NCBI GenBank assembly: GCA_052426225.1
Contig: JBNJNM010000023.1
Coordinates: 372,001 to 436,000, forward strand
DNA length: 64,000 nucleotides
Direction: 5' to 3'
From: Zancudomyces culisetae HAW-14-8
Lineage: Eukaryota; Fungi; Kickxellomycota
In this document: piece after piece, positions 25,226 to 40,400 of the stretch
Layout: each line of letters begins with the position of its first letter
Position numbering within the stretch: position 1 is the stretch's first letter
Program-made: the position numbers and the translations under genes
Notes under the pieces: generated by a model
Told to the model about the DNA's origin: nothing
The model's input: the letters and a program-made list of their open reading frames with translations, nothing else
The model's database searches: none

Positions 25226-27904
25226 ATTGGGAACCCTTCGAGATCAAAATTTTGTTTCTAGACTAGCCGGAGCATAATGTGTTCGGAATGGGAATACAAA
25301 GTATATATAATATATTCATTCAAAGTATCAAGTTTTATTTTTTGACTTGAAAAATAGCTATACTTTTTTTTATTGCTGTTTTTGGACAATAAAAAGTACT
25401 AAACTTCTGACTTTAAACTTGTGCACCTCGAACTATTACGGACAACGTGTATAACGTGTACTTAGCTCCAATGCTATCCCACATTTTTACAGGGTGCGTA
25501 TCTTGGGTATGCTTCAGCAAGAAAACTTCTTGGGTCTTCAGTGTGTGAATAAGTCACTTGTGTGGAGGTTTTTTTTTTCACCACATCATCTATATTTCAC
25601 CCACTAAATAATTCTTGAATGTTGCAATGGTTATTATGTAACATGCGAGTGAGACACTCTGTTATATAGACCGTGAGAAAAATGCTAAAAGTTGACGTGC
25701 GTTATCTAGATGTACACCTGAATCGCTTATAAAACCAACACCATTTTTTCGATATTTTGAGCTCCTAAAGTGTAGCCAGTGCAATTTTAAGTTAATAAAT
25801 GGTGTTATAAACCTTTTGATCCAAAGACACAACCATTGTGACTGTACGCCTCAGCTGCGGTGTTTATATCCGTTGAGTTAGTCTCAAAAACGTCGGATGG
25901 TTACATATAACCCCAACACAATTTTTACACCCTTCTTCTGTTCTTCCCTTCCTCCCAACAAAATAAAAACATCTACATACTCAAAATCCGCGTACATTTT
26001 CCTTTTTCTGGCTCTAAAGCTTAAACTGCAGGATTTTCTTATATGGTAGTAGCACTGGTTGAATGCTGGGGAGTTTTGGGATGTTAGCGCTGACTTTCGT
26101 ATCTTTGGGTAACTTTCTGATTAAAGCCGTGGCTCAGCTTTTCACGTATAAAGATACATATTTTTTAATGCTTGTAATATCAACACTTAGGATGGATATA
26201 AATAGCTTGTGTTATTTGCCGAAGTACTCTCCACGTATTTTCATTCAGGTGCTTGATTGTGATAAAGCTGCGCTTGATTGTAAAGAGTGGGGCACAACAA
26301 TAAAAAAATAAACAATTGTATTTTTTTTACAGCCCATGATTTGATTTTGTGCATTCTTTGTTCCACATTGTTATTGTTGTTATATTTGTTATTGTTATAG
26401 TCACATCGTTCTTATTGTTTCTACGCCTTGGGTCTAATGCTAAGACATATTTTAAAAAAACCTAAAAGAAAATATGACTTGATACACTGCTGACTTTTAT
26501 ACAAATATTCCAATTGTAGTTTGTATCACCTTACAACTAAAAGCGTAGTCATAAAAGAAACGTGATTAACGTTTTTGCTACTATCTTCACAAACTGTTGC
26601 CCTATATTGTTGAATCTGAATACAAACTTTGTTATAACTATCCAACAAAAACCAAATATATAACTTTGAAGAGCCTGCAATTAATGATCCTTCTACAAGA
26701 TGATGGGTGGTCTTTGCTGTAGGATAATATTTCACCCATCCATTCTATCAGATTCTAACGTTGTACTCGGGGTATTGCCGCAATTGGCACCTTTACCACA
26801 AATGATTTGGGTCATCAAATGTTTATTACTTTGCCAAGGGTTGCAAGATTATCCCAATATAGTTGGCGTTACATACAGTCTAGAAAATTTTGGTTTGGTT
26901 AGGCTAACATAAATGTCCACATTTATACCATGGGGAAAATGGCACAGCTGATTGTTTGTAATTTTTTAAATGCAACCATTTTCAAGATTATACATTCAGT
27001 TTGTTTTTTGTTCATTTTTCTAAACGTTTATTTCTATTTTTTGGATAACGGCAATTTTTCTACAATATTGAGCAATTGACCCTTTGCTTGGATTCATTTG
27101 TGTTAAAAAAATGTCAAAAGCAGAAAACAAAAAAGGTTTTGTTAATACAAAGGATAATGGAGCAAAGTGATCGCTTTGTTACCTTAGCTGCTATAACTAG
27201 TATAGCTATATCTAATATAATGCTAAAACCTTTTTTTTTCTCTTGTTAGTTGTAGAAAAATATCTTAATATACAAAAAAATCGCCCAATACAAGCTGAGC
27301 AGGTGAATATCGGACGATATATCGGCAGGCATATATGTGCATTACAGTCCTGCATTCAGAGGTTACTTTCTAGAAAAAATCTCTCGAGAGAAAAGTATGA
27401 TTAAAGCTGCTTTATTAAAGTATATCAGAACAAGAACTTAGTTTAGTATCTCATATAACCATACAGGTTGGTTTTCAACAAAGAGTTCAAGTGAGGAAAA
27501 GTACAGTATATACGTATAACCGAGTGAAAAAGTAAAGTAGGTCTTGTAAAACTACTGGTCAGCGGAGTTTACTAAAAATAGGTCGTTTAAAGATGACAGG
27601 GAAGCTGTTGGTATATCTAACCTCAGTGATATATATTACAGCTATATTACTCTTAGCTGTACCAGTCAGCTGTAGATATGCTACTCCAGAAAGCAACAAC
27701 TTAGTGAAAAAAAATGGTAGGATTAAAGGTAATTTATCATAAAAGATAGAATATTAGGTTTACCCTAGACATAATGCTGGCATTTACAGGAAAATACGGA
27801 TGTTTGTTGCTCATTAATTATGGATGTAGTACACTGGTTACCGCTTTTACTGATTCTTTTTTGAAAAAATACAAACTGTAAAAATAGATAAAGTACATCC
27901 GAGC

Positions 27905-30546
27905 TTGAAAAAAAGTATTATAAACCAAGGAGTACTTGTGTGTAAGCACAAAATAGCAGCCAATTTATTCGAAGGCGTTGATTGCAAAGAAATTCTGGCA
28001 AATATAGATAGTGTGGCGATGTTTGGAGATGATACGTTCATTTTGATTACGAATGAAGCTTTGAGTAGCAACACCAACAAAAAAGGTTACAGAGTACATC
28101 AAAAATCAAAGTATAAATGCAGAAAAGTAGTGTATAATGAATACAAACGCTACTTGACTTTGGCAAAGAAACAGCTTTTAATTACAGGCAAGGGAAATCC
28201 CCATAAAAGGGTGAGTATTTGGATGTGCCCAAGTATTGAGTATAAGGCAGGCGGTAATCATTTATATTTAATAACAAAATTGAACACCGTATCAAGAGTG
28301 TATGTAAATGATGACAGTCTTTTAAAGTCAAGTCGTTTAATACACAAATCGAAGCAGGCAGTAGAGGTTTCAAGGTAAGCAAGTAAAGGTGTAAATGGGT
28401 TTGATACACTGATATATACTCACTTTACACTAGAGTTAAAGCAAGCTTTATGCCCAAAGATGAAGGTTTGATATACAAATAAAAGTGTATAAATTGCATT
28501 AATTCATCAAAAATTCGGTATCTTTGTAGATGGAAAAAAGCACAAGACGCGCAAAGTGGTGAAGCTTTAAAACCTACTATAAAAAGAGGATATGTTAAGC
28601 GTACAGATGAGAACACAAAGGCGTATTCTGGTGAACAGACACAAAAAATAGCAATAATTCTTTCATGTATATCAGTATCACTATTGGTGATGGTTGGTTT
28701 ATTGATGGTTATCGCATACCTTAAATGGGGGAAAAAGCTTTCAAGGCTCAAACCATTTCAAGATAAAGGCGAGAGCGGCTTTGTGAGAGAGGATGCGGCT
28801 ACAAACCGTGTAGATTATCAAGCATGGGGCGGTAGGAGTAGTAAAGAAAGCTTTGGAAGCAGAGTAGAAAAATATGCAAGGCCACAGCCTACAGGTACTG
28901 AAAAATTTGAGGCTACCTTAGGTAAAATCCCGTCAAGCTCACAGGTGACAAAAACAAACACAAAATCTGTAGTACATAAAAACAGGGATACGCTTAAAAA
29001 CAAAGAAAGAAGGAGTAGAGGTAAACAAAGATGGAGAATGGAATCCAGAAATTTGCATAAAAGTGTATCATCAAATATATCTACAAACAGTCGGGTATTC
29101 GTCAAGGATTCCAGTTTAAAAAAATACAAAAACTACTCCATCAATAAATTAAATAAATACAAAAGGAGTTCTACTGAGAGCAAGGAGAGTTATATTTCAG
29201 GAAAAAATGTCGGATTGCTTGGGGGAAGAGGTATGGAGATAGAAAAAGCATTTAACCAATTAACTAACAAACAGGGAATGGCCAACAGAAAAATAGACAT
29301 GGAACAACAAAGTTCGAGTTTTGCCAGTAGCATTATATCGATTCCAGCAAGACACAGAAGTTCCTCAAAGTATACACGGTATTATGTGCTAAAAAAGAAA
29401 AACAATTTTCAAGAAGCTAGAAGTGTGTGTACTAATAAAAAGAGCAACAGTACCCCAGACCTATTACTAGATAAACACATGTCAGCAGGATATGCTGATG
29501 TTGTGGAGGCAGGATTGCATTCGGGAAATGATAATACCCTACAACCTACATCTCAATTAGACCAGATCAAAAATAGAAGGTCAATAAATAGGGATGAAAC
29601 AAAGGTTGAGATGCCTAACAATAAATGTGATGAAGAAATAAAAATAGACGACCATATTCTTGAATGGAGCCCAAGTTTGATGGATTGTGCTGAAACAACA
29701 ACAGTACAAGATCCACACTCCGAATCGATGGGTATACACGACCTTGCAGATAAGAGCATGAAGAGATATTTACGCTACTCAATGGGGCCAAAGGCGGCCG
29801 AACCTTACAAAAACATTGACAGTATTCTTCACGCTGAGACACTTGGTAATCCTGAAGTACTTGTCCAGAACGAGAACCCCGATTTTCTAAACATCTCAGT
29901 TGCAGAAAAACTCGAGTTTAATGAACTAATAAGACCACTTTCTGTGTATTCAATTCTATCTACACTCAGCAACAACCAGGTGCCTTTTATGACGCTACCA
30001 AGAGCCTCAACCTCAAAGACAGGAGATCGCAGTGGCTATGGGGGCCAAGAAAATACTCTATACCATTCCTCTGACCTCAGACGTACCACCGAGTTTGAGC
30101 ATGTGGTGGACAAGCAGTTTGGCGCAAAGAAATCAAACTCTATTGCGTTTATATCAATGGATAAACCTGTTGCTCGTCATAGTCTAGGAAATAACAATGA
30201 CGATTTCAGGAACGACAACCCTGAGTTAGAGTTTTCAAGTTTGGAGGAGATTAGTACCAGTCAATTATTGGCTAAGTTTGACAACCATCAGATATTCCCA
30301 CCACACTTATTTCCAGATGCATCAGCACAAAGCTTTGCTCTTATTGGTGACAATTCTGACAAAAAGAACCACTATGATGAATCTTCAGTTGAAACTGGCA
30401 ATAGACCCGGATATATGACCGATGGCTTTTCCTTTAGTGGGAATAACAATCTTAGTTTGGTATCTGTACAAAAGCGAAGTTTGGCTCGTGGAAATACACT
30501 TTTTGTTAAACCTAAGCATTCTTCTAGTCTATCAGTGCCAAATTAA
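27905..30546 (+). CDS. Hypothetical single-pass membrane protein with a long low-complexity cytoplasmic tail (true start probably further upstream)
   Basis: ORF 27905-28374 splices in frame (gtaagc...tgtag) to an exon from ~28530 containing a TM helix (IAIILSCISVSLLVMVGLLMVIAYL) and the 620-aa ORF. Confidence 0.6.
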
Positions 30547-31374
30547 AGTGCGTGTGTATATCCCCACACCTGAAAATAACTTGGTGATGTAGCTGTACTA
30601 TTATTATCATAGGGCGTATCAAAGGGTATATATTTTTTGTTTTCGTCCAGTTATTGGCTGTTTTGTTTTGTACATTCTTTTCTTTCTGCTTTCAGCACTT
30701 ATTTGCTTCATCTTGCCTATTATAATACCTTTTTACCATTTCTTTTTGTTTTAGAGAGGATGGTCAATAAAAAGTGGTAAAAGATTTGTCTATCAAGAAA
30801 ATTGAAGCTTCCGTTTTATTTACGTAAATCATTTGCTTGAGGTTATGGTTAATAGTAACAACGATTTTTATTGTTTGCTTGTTCTGCTCATGTTCCTAAA
30901 TGATAACCACTTTTTTTCAATTTTTTCCATCATATTTCCCTTTTCTACGCAATAAAATCATGGCTACACACCCAATATGATCAAATAAAGTTATTGTATA
31001 CAAAACAAGCTTAAAACATTCACATTAAACGTTATAAAATTATGAAACTTTAAATGACGGACATTAATTTTTTATCATTCGAGTTCGCAACGGTGATTTG
31101 CTGCGCTCTCCCACAGATACAAAACAACCAAAATCAGGTCAATTTGGTTCCCATGCCTTGTGTATTGGCATACATATAAGGAAAAAGCCATTGTTTTTCA
31201 AAGTTGGGCCTAGTATGTGGTAAAACAAATTAAAACTAAATTCTAGTTATCAACCAAACTTTCTTTTCTAGTAATTATTATTAACTATACTTTACGACAT
31301 CAAACACTCACTACTTTAAAAATTTCACAATATTAAAAACACAACCAGAGTACACCAGAAACTCGATACCAAAC

Positions 31375-32855
31375 ATGAAAGCTAAGGCCTTAATTACAAA
31401 GACGAGCCTGCTCGAGCAAACGCTGTCTCAAGCCAAGAAAAACTACGCAGGAAACCCATTGTTTTGGCAACTAGGTATGTATATATACTTTAAATATGTG
31501 TAAAGCAATACTTTGAAAATAAAGGGTAGTATACAAGTGAACTGAGCAAATGTTATCATATTAGGACGCACGATGGATGCACGAGCGGACTGTGCTTTCA
31601 AGCCAACAAAAATCAAAAGAATTGATACTAGAAATCAACTATACAGTAGATTTTCAACTGGTGAAAGTATAAACAATAGAACAGAACAGGAAGGTATAGA
31701 AAAAAAGGGATTTTTCAAAACTCTACTGACAGGTTCTGATGCTGTAAGGATCCAGAACCAGAAGCATTTCGAAATGTTAGCTCGTAATGTAAGCGAACAC
31801 CAGTTGTTGCGTAAGTGATAAAGATAGCCTATATTGCGAAATTCTAGCACAAGTTTTATTTGGAAAAAGGATAATACTAAATGCTTAAACAAACCAAACA
31901 TTCTCAACAGTGCACAATGTAAAGCCCGGATACATGAGGGAGTACAAGGCAATCACGTAGGTTTTTTTTAGTTTATAACTGTGTATTTTTTAACTATCTA
32001 ATGATGATATCACATGAACTCAAATTTGACACTGAGATTTACCTTAATCTGTAGTATGGAGCTTTATCCGCTGATAAGTGAGGTTTTTTCGCCTGATCTA
32101 TGGTTTTTGGGAAGCTATGAGACAATAGTAGGTGATTTGGACACAGCAGGTAATCACTTTTCAAAGTTCAATTATAGAAAGTAAGGAGTGAAGGAGAATG
32201 CGTATTGTTCATGTTACTGATGAGCAGTTATAGTTTATGTACATCCGAGATAATTATTATGATTTAACCACGGGGTCTGTTTTTATTTTATAAAAATAAA
32301 AATATAGTTCATCTCGTCGAATACAAAAACTATGGTGTGATGGATGACTTTTTGGGAATATTCACACTAAACGAGAGGCAAATCAAGGACCCAAAAATCA
32401 GACAAATCATAGAGCTGGATCAAAAGCTAAACCGGACGTTAAAGTCAAGGTTTTCCAGTGCTATCACAGAGTTCGGTTTCTATCCTTATTTGAAAAGAAG
32501 CCAAAAGGGTGGCGATATTGTCAGGGGGATTGATAGCACAAACTGTATTTTTGAATTCAGGTCATATTTGCTAAAACCTGGCGGACTACTTGAATGGGAA
32601 CAAAAGTGGAAAACATCAGTCAAACAGAGAAGCAACGTTTCACATTTAGTTGGCGCATGGTTCAGCCAAATAGGAAGTCTAAATAATGTTTATCATATTT
32701 GGCATTATAAGGACCTGGCTGAGAGGAAGGAATCGCGGAGGTTAGCTTGGACAAATAAGACTTGGTCGACTTCTGTTTACAACACTACAAAGCTGATTGA
32801 AAAAATGGACTCGTTTATTTTGAAGCCAATTGATTTTTACGATTTCAAACAGTAA
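31375..32855 (+). CDS. NIPSNAP family protein, multi-exon
   Basis: IFEFRSYLLKPG.LLEW, LVGAWFSQIGSLN.V.HIW.Y.DL..R...R..AW motifs. Upstream exons are approximate. Confidence 0.88.
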
Positions 32856-33372
32856 GTAGCAATCATGGTGATGATGTGAGCTTGTTTTTTTCTTTTTTTT
32901 TCTTTTTCCTTTTTTCTGGAGTTTTCAGAATTGTGTGAGTTTATACTTTGTTTATAACCTAGTTATTGTATTAGTTGAAGCATTTCATTAAACTCTATTT
33001 AAATCGAAGCCGAAACTATCGGGTCAGTGCTATATTGATAAATCCTGAATATTCATGATTCTTATCTATTAGCTCTTCATTTTTTATTATTTGTGGTTTT
33101 TATGGAAAAGCCATATCTATAAAAGATGTTGAGAGGTGCAAGGGGCGGGGGTTAGGCTTTTTTTTTTTAATGACGAATATGATCAACCGTTTCTAGTTTC
33201 ATAAAGTAGTTTTAGTTCTTGACTGATATGTGCTACAAATGACTATTTCTCGGGTTGCTTGTGATATGGGAGATGATATTTAAATGTATATTCAGTAAAG
33301 GTAGATGAATATTAATTGTACTAGTTTTTTTATCTACAGTTTCTACACTTTTTTCAAATCTTGTTATAAGTG

Positions 33373-34290
33373 ATGAATTAATTCAAAATTGGAACAAAGT
33401 AAAAATGTATTGCTGGAAAGTTCTTATCAAACAAAATAAACAAGAAAAATACTACAAGAGGGCGAAAGGGCAAGAGGGAGAACAAGAAGAGGAAGGAGAG
33501 CAAAGAATGTTCTTGAAGGTGTTGTACTCAGCAAGAAAGCTGTTCTCATTAATCCCTCATTCTTTTCAAACACAAAACAAGTGAGGATTATTAACAGATG
33601 ATTTAAACATGAAGAGAACATTTGTGAGGATGATCTGTGGCTATCCTATTGGTAGTACCGACATAATTGAATGGGGAGTGGCTAACAGTAGTGTATTTAT
33701 ATTTATACTAGTTGCATTTTTTTTAGCTTTTGTGGATCTAATAGCTTTTATCAGAAACAATCATGGAATAAATGGTGCGATGTAACGTGATAATACTGAT
33801 AGTGGAAAAAATATTTTTCAGTAGACTTGTATTTCAGATATGTGCGTGGAAAACTTGATGAATACCAAATTCGAGCAGTAAAGGAGATAAAGAAAAAAAT
33901 AGATCTACAAATAGATCAGAGTGAAAAAAAGATGCCTTTAGGAACCAACTGCATACTAAAATTCGCGGGAAATTTTCTGGTATCTTTAGACTTCATTTTT
34001 GTATGTGTTGTGTGTTTTGTATATGAAACAAATTTGGTAGAATCCTGAAAAAAATTCATCATAATGACTTGTAATTAATTGTTGTGGGAAAAAAGAGAAG
34101 CCCGGTTGGTCGCATGAAAAAGCAACAAGTTGCCATATAAATCGCAACGAATTGGATGCATTCAATTTATCTATAATTTATTATTGTTACTAACACATTT
34201 TTTTTTTAGTCACCTTTAAAAATTGTTTCAAATGGTGCACACGTCTTTACAAAGCATCCTGATGTGGTGAAATTCTATATGCACAGATAA
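33373..34290 (+). CDS. Possible small multi-exon hypothetical gene
   Basis: Coding-like segments ~33820-33979 and 34209-34290 bounded by GT/AG sites. No family recognised and the boundaries are uncertain. Confidence 0.3.
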
Positions 34291-34614
34291 ATGCACCAAC
34301 CAAGTGGGATTACAAACAATTCTCAGGAGGTGGGACCCATAAATGAGAAGTAACAAAAAAAAGAAAAAATTAGATGCGGAAAAATTGATGCCAAAATTTT
34401 TTTCTATAAGTATAAAGGTTAGGGAAGCTTATCTAACATTGTTTACTGCCTGCAATACTATACGATTGAGCGCAACCACAAATCCCTCCTAGTGAGTTTT
34501 TGATCAAATAAAGAGAAATATATATATAGTTTAGATTTTTCAAAGCTATAATAGATTAACACTCTGGACTAAAAAACCTAAAGACAAGGTAGCAAAGAAT
34601 AAAACAAAGGGAAA

Positions 34615-36330
34615 ATGAGTATGATAAGGAAAGCAGGCGCCATTTTGGCAAGAAACAATGGACTTAAGATGACATCCTATGCTGGAGGTAGATAGCTTTA
34701 AAATATTAAGCCTAGTATATGTTTTTTGCATCGAGTAATTTCCATAAAAAAAAAAATTCGAGAGTATTGCAAAGCTGTGATAAAAACTTGCTTATTGTCA
34801 TATAAAATAGTCAGAGCCTATGCATCCAAATCACAAAGTAAGTGGAATTTTGAATCGAAATGGACAGATGGATAGATTATCTGCTATAGATTTGCATCTT
34901 TTATGGTTTACAGACCTGTAGGAACAGGTATCAGTTGGTGTTTGTAGGTGTATGGACTAGTGAGTATTTGGTTGACATTAAATTTAAACACAATAGAAAT
35001 GGCAAAGTATAACTGGGAAGATGGGCTTGACCTAAACTCTCAATTGACAGAGGAAGAGTTGGCAGTACAGTAAGTTTGAAGTTATGATAAAACAAAAAAG
35101 GACTGAGCAAAAGTGTTGTAGAGTATAAATTTTTTACAATACATTTTAAATAAACAATAGAGATGCAGCAAGAAGCTATTGCCAGGAGAAACTCTTGCCC
35201 AGAGTAACAATGGCATACAGAAATGAAGGTATGTGGTAATTATACAATGGCATATATACAAAGAATAAACTTTATGTTAACTTGGCAAATTAGAATTTGA
35301 CACAAAAATAATGGAAGAAATGGGAGAAATGGGACTACTGGGAAGCACAATCGAGGGATATGACTGCGCAGGAGTATCATCAGTATCATACGGATTGGCA
35401 GCACGTGAAGTAGAGAGAGTGGACAGTGGCTACAGATCAGCAATGAGTGTACAGTCATCGCTGGTGATGTATCCAATTTGGGCATATGGTACAGAGGCAC
35501 AAAAGCAAAAGTATCTTCCACAGTTGGCTAGTGGAAAGATGCTTGGAGCATTTGGACTGACCGAACCAAACCATGGAAGTGATCCAGGATCAATGGAGAC
35601 AGTCGCAAGACGTGAGGGCAATGTGTACAAACTAAGTGGAGCAAAGACATGGATCACACTTTCACCAGTTGCTGATGTATTTGTTATCTGGGCAAAGAAC
35701 CTAGAAGAAGGCGGGGCTATCCGAGGATTCATTGTTGAACGTGGATCAAAGGGATTGACCACACCAAAGATTCAAGGAAAGGTAGCACTCCGTGCTTCAA
35801 TTACAGGAATGATTCTAATGGATGATGTTGAGGTTCCAGTTGAAAACATGTTTACTACAGTCAAGGGTCTCAAGGGACCATTCTCATGTCTAAACAATGC
35901 CCGCTACGGAATTGCTTGGGGTGCTTTGGGTGCTGCTGAGGCATGTTTGTCTGTAGCTCGCGACTACGCATTGAATCGAAAGCAATTCGGTGTTCCACTA
36001 GCAAGCTTCCAGCTGATTCAAGCCAAACTTGCAAATGCACACTCAGAAATCACCATTGGCTTGCAAGCCGCACTACGTGTAGGCCGTCTTAAGGACGAAG
36101 GTCGAGTTGCTCCTGAAATGATCTCCCTCATCAAGAGAAACTCTTGCGAGAAGGCTCTTACAATCGCTAGAGAATGTCGCGATATACTGGGTGGAAACGG
36201 AATTAGTGATGAATACCATATCATCCGCCACATGACTAACCTCGAAGCTGTAAAGACCTATGAAGGTACCCATGATGTCCACTCCTTGATTCTTGGTCGT
36301 GCCATTACTGGTATCCCCGCATTTTCATAG
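34615..36330 (+). CDS. GCDH: Glutaryl-CoA dehydrogenase, mitochondrial, 5 exons
   Basis: [37 protein letters not shown] and [19 protein letters not shown] motifs. Upstream exons encode [15 protein letters not shown]. Confidence 0.96.
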
Positions 36331-36961
36331 TTTTATAAATGACTACTTTTTTTCCCATTCTGTCCATTTTTTTTCGTCAAAGTTATTTCAGCTTTTGTTT
36401 CTTGGTTTTGAGATTATTAAAATAAATATATGGCCTATTGAGGCAGAGTGTAACCTTAGTTAGAAAAACGATCCCTTATTAATTAATTGAGATGATACTT
36501 ACAATATCATATAAATTTCAGGTAAAGTGATAGCTGAGTCAGGTATAGAATTATTGTCATTTAGTCATACTCATATAAGATACCACTTTACTAGATCTGC
36601 TTAATATTTATAAGTGTTTAACTGCTTTAGATAGTTGAAATAATATATAAAAGCAATTCACTATACAATTAAATTATTAGAATGAAGTTGTAAAAAATAC
36701 AAAATATGAAGTATACTTGGATTAGAAATCAATAAGACTCTCTTTTCGCTGACTGGTGACGCTAAATCTATCTAATTCCGAATACAACATTATGGGTGTA
36801 GATAATCGTGAAGGTTGACCACGTTTGATCAGATTATTAGCATACTCAGCTATGGCTTTTTACTTTTTATGCACGCAAATGATAACATTATAATAACTAT
36901 TGTAATAGAATAATTCAAAAAACACATATTGCAAAAACGATAAAAAAATGTTTGTTAAAAG

Positions 36962-37034
36962 TAGAGCTATTGGGGATCGAACCCAAGACCTTCTGCGTGT
37001 AAAGCAGACGTGATAGCCACTACACCATAGCTCT
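36962..37034 (-). tRNA. tRNA-Val (anticodon TAC)
   Basis: 73 nt cloverleaf: acceptor AGAGCTA/TAGCTCT, anticodon arm TCTGC-TTTACAC-GCAGA, GGTTCGATCC T-loop, T-run downstream. Confidence 0.97.
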
Positions 37035-37041
37035 ATTATTT

Positions 37042-37349
37042 TGTAATATTTAAAATTTATATTATATTACCCGTTATGGGTGCACAGTGTCAATACACTA
37101 GTTACTTCCTTCACGGATAGTGTTTAAGCTCACCGTTTATGTTAATAACTGAGTTTTGTGTAGACACTTGTTATATTTTACTATTGTAGTTTATTTTTTA
37201 TGATATACTTAATAAAAATTGATAATAATCTTTTTCTTAAAACTAGAAATCCAAACTCCTATATAAAAGTAATGATAACACGAACTTGTTATCAAGGAAG
37301 TAGGAAAAAACCCTCCTAGGGAGAAAAGTCCAATCTTCCCAATAAAATG

Positions 37350-37393
<44 letters not shown>

Positions 37394-37459
37394 ATGACTC
37401 ATTAATAAATTACCTAACCAATTTCTGACAAGGGGTAATCCATCCATTTCTATATGACA
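37042..37459 (-). repeat. 3' LTR (418 bp, contains about 13 TAA repeats)
   Basis: Direct repeat of 42002-42419 with TG...CA ends. Confidence 0.97.
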
Positions 37460-37468
37460 GATACTCCC

Positions 37469-40400
37469 CTACCAGATTGGACTTATCGTTGGGACATTTT
37501 TAAACCGTCTTAACTTGGTACGTAACGCAGACGACACCTCAGGTATCATGTTCTTACTGTAGTGAAACTGTTTTAGCATATCCCCATTGACCAGATCTCT
37601 CTTCCCTTCGTTATCCGTTATTATATAAGTTCCCTTGGATAATACATTTTCCACTTGATAGGGTCCCTCCCAGATCTCCTCTAGCTTACTCTGGGTTTGC
37701 TCTGTCATCTTTAGTACTAAGTCCCCTTGATTGAATTTGTACGGTTTAACCTGCTTGTTATATGATTCACGATCCTTTTCTTTAGCGAGTACGTTATTCC
37801 TTACACTATCAGTTCTCATCTCCGGCAATGATGATTTTATAGCATCAATTCGTTCTTGTACTGCAATATCTAGATTGTCAACATCGGGAGGCGGAGTCCA
37901 TACGCTAGGGGTAGCAATTTGCACTCCGTATAGCAACTCAGCAGGACTATACTTGGTAGATTTGTTTCTCATTGTCCGGATTGCAAGTAGCGATTTCCAA
38001 ATGAACTTATCCCAGTTTTGTTTGTCCTTTCGACATTGTCGCACTAATGCATTCTTCAGGGTTTGATTCAGCCGTTCCACTTGGCCGTTGCTTTGGGGGC
38101 GATACGGCGTTGTCGGTGTGTGACGAATTCCCAATTCCTTATATACCTGTTCCGCCAAGTCGCTCACAAATCCTGAGCCGCGGTCGGTTATGATTTGGCT
38201 AGGCACCCCGAACCACTGAATAATATGGGTTAGTATAAAACTAATAATGGTCTCAGTCTTTATATTACTTACTGCAGCGGCCACTGGCCACTTAGTAAAG
38301 TAATCAATTCCCGTTAAAATAAATCTATTACCTGTTTTACTCACCGGATTGATGGGTCCAATTGCATCTAATCCAAATATGCTGAATGGTCGCGGGCTAA
38401 ATATAGGATTTAGGTTGCTTCTTCGTGTTCTTCCACCTTTATATCTTTGGCAGGTGATACATTCATTAACTATTTTTTTCACAACTTCATATAGTCCTTC
38501 GCCAGTGTATTTCTCTTTCACCTTTAGCCATGTGTTTTCTATACCATTGTGTCCCTCTTCATGAATGGTGGATATAGTCTCCTCAATGTTTTTCTCGTGC
38601 AGGACCTCCTTGACTTGTCCTTTTATAACACGGCACAGTCTATCGTTTTTCAGTGTATATTTCCGTGCCTTGTTACGCAACTTCTCCCGAAACCTCTCAT
38701 CTGCTCCTCTAGGGTACTCTTTCTCTCTCAAGTAAGTCGTAATAGCAGTGTAATATAGGAAGTCAAGTGTGAGTATGTCCAGTTCTTCAATGGAAGTCGA
38801 GGGTTCATTGGTTGGGAGCCTAGACAACGCGTCAGCTGGGTTCCGCTTTCCCATACAATGCACAATGGAGTAATTATAGTTGCGGAGTATCATTGCCCAA
38901 CGGGCGACACGTCCGGTTATGTCTTTACCATTAAACAGTTGTATTAGGGCCTTGTGGTCGGTGCGGACGGTAAAGTGTTTACCCCACAAGTATTGTCTTA
39001 ATTTCTTTACGGACCATACTACGGCAAGTCCCTCTAAATGTGCCACTGAATAGTTTCTCTCATGTGGGTTTAAAATACGACTCAAATAGCAAATCGGCCT
39101 TTCACCGTCTTCGAATTCCTGGGAAAGGATCGCCCCAATACCTACAATGGAGGCGTCCGTTGTGACAATGAATTCACGCGTCCAATCGGGATGGGATAGG
39201 ACTGGAGTCTCGCAAAGTTGTTTCTTTAGTTCTTCTACTGCTGACTGATGTTCCGACTGCCAACTCCACACTGTATTCTTTTTGAGCAGCTTCAATAACG
39301 GGGCTACGATTCTGGCATAGTTCTCCACGAACTTTCGGTAGTAACCAGTCAGTCCAAGGAACGATTGAAGTTCCTTAACCGACTTCGGCGACTCGGCTTT
39401 TTGTATAGCAATTATTTTATCCATACACGTCTCAATACCCTTACCTGAGATGGTGTGTCCTAAGTATGTTAACGAATTTACGGCTAAACTACATTTATTC
39501 TTGTGAAGTTGTATATTGTTAGTTTTAAGTAGCTGTAAGACCTCACGAACATCGACTAGATGTTGTTCAAAAGACGTCGAGTATACCACAATATCATCTA
39601 TGAAGACGACCGTAGTCTTCCAGAGCACAGGTGCGAGAGCTTTTTCCATCATTCGCTGGAAGGAGGCTGGGCTATTCGTGAGCCCAAACGGCATCACGTT
39701 ATAGCAGTACGTCCCACTTCCAGGAATTGCGAAGGCAGTTTTATCGCGATCTCCCAGCGCCATGGGTATCTGCCAATACCCACTTAAGGCGTCAAACGAG
39801 CTAAATATGGTGGCACCAGCTAATGCCATAAAAATGTCATCTATGGTGGGGAGAGGATAGGAATCCTTCCGGGTGACTTGGTTCAGTTTGCGGTAGTCCG
39901 CACAGATTCGGAGCTTACCGTTCTTTTTCCAGACTGCTACAACGGGTGAGCACCACTCCGATGTGCAGGGCGCAATAACGCCATTCTTCTCCATAATCTC
40001 TAGCTCAGTACGGACCTTTTCATATAAGTGGAATGGTATGCGGTATGGACGTTGTCGGATGGGAGTATCCTGTGTTAGCTCGATCCGATGTTGAGTAACA
40101 TTCGTCTGGGTGAGCTGTTCTACATCCTCAATGAATAGTTCTTTGTTTTCCTCTATCAGTTCCGTGACCCGCGGGTCCATAGCTACCTCCTCTGTTCCCT
40201 CATCTTGACGTTCACTGATCACTAAATATACTTCCGCTTCATCTGAATCTGCTCCTTCTGCTGCTACGCGAGTGTAAAGGGGTGCTAGCAATAATTGTTT
40301 TCCTACTGGTAGTGCTAGTTCACCTTTCTGCATATCTAGTTTCGTTTTGTGGGCTAAAAGCCAATCCGTTCCTAATATGAGAATATCGTCAGTTCTTTCC

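Noticed and set aside
33405-33770. Selenoprotein via TGA readthrough
   Set aside because: The readthrough product resembles no selenoprotein family I know and no SECIS was recognised.
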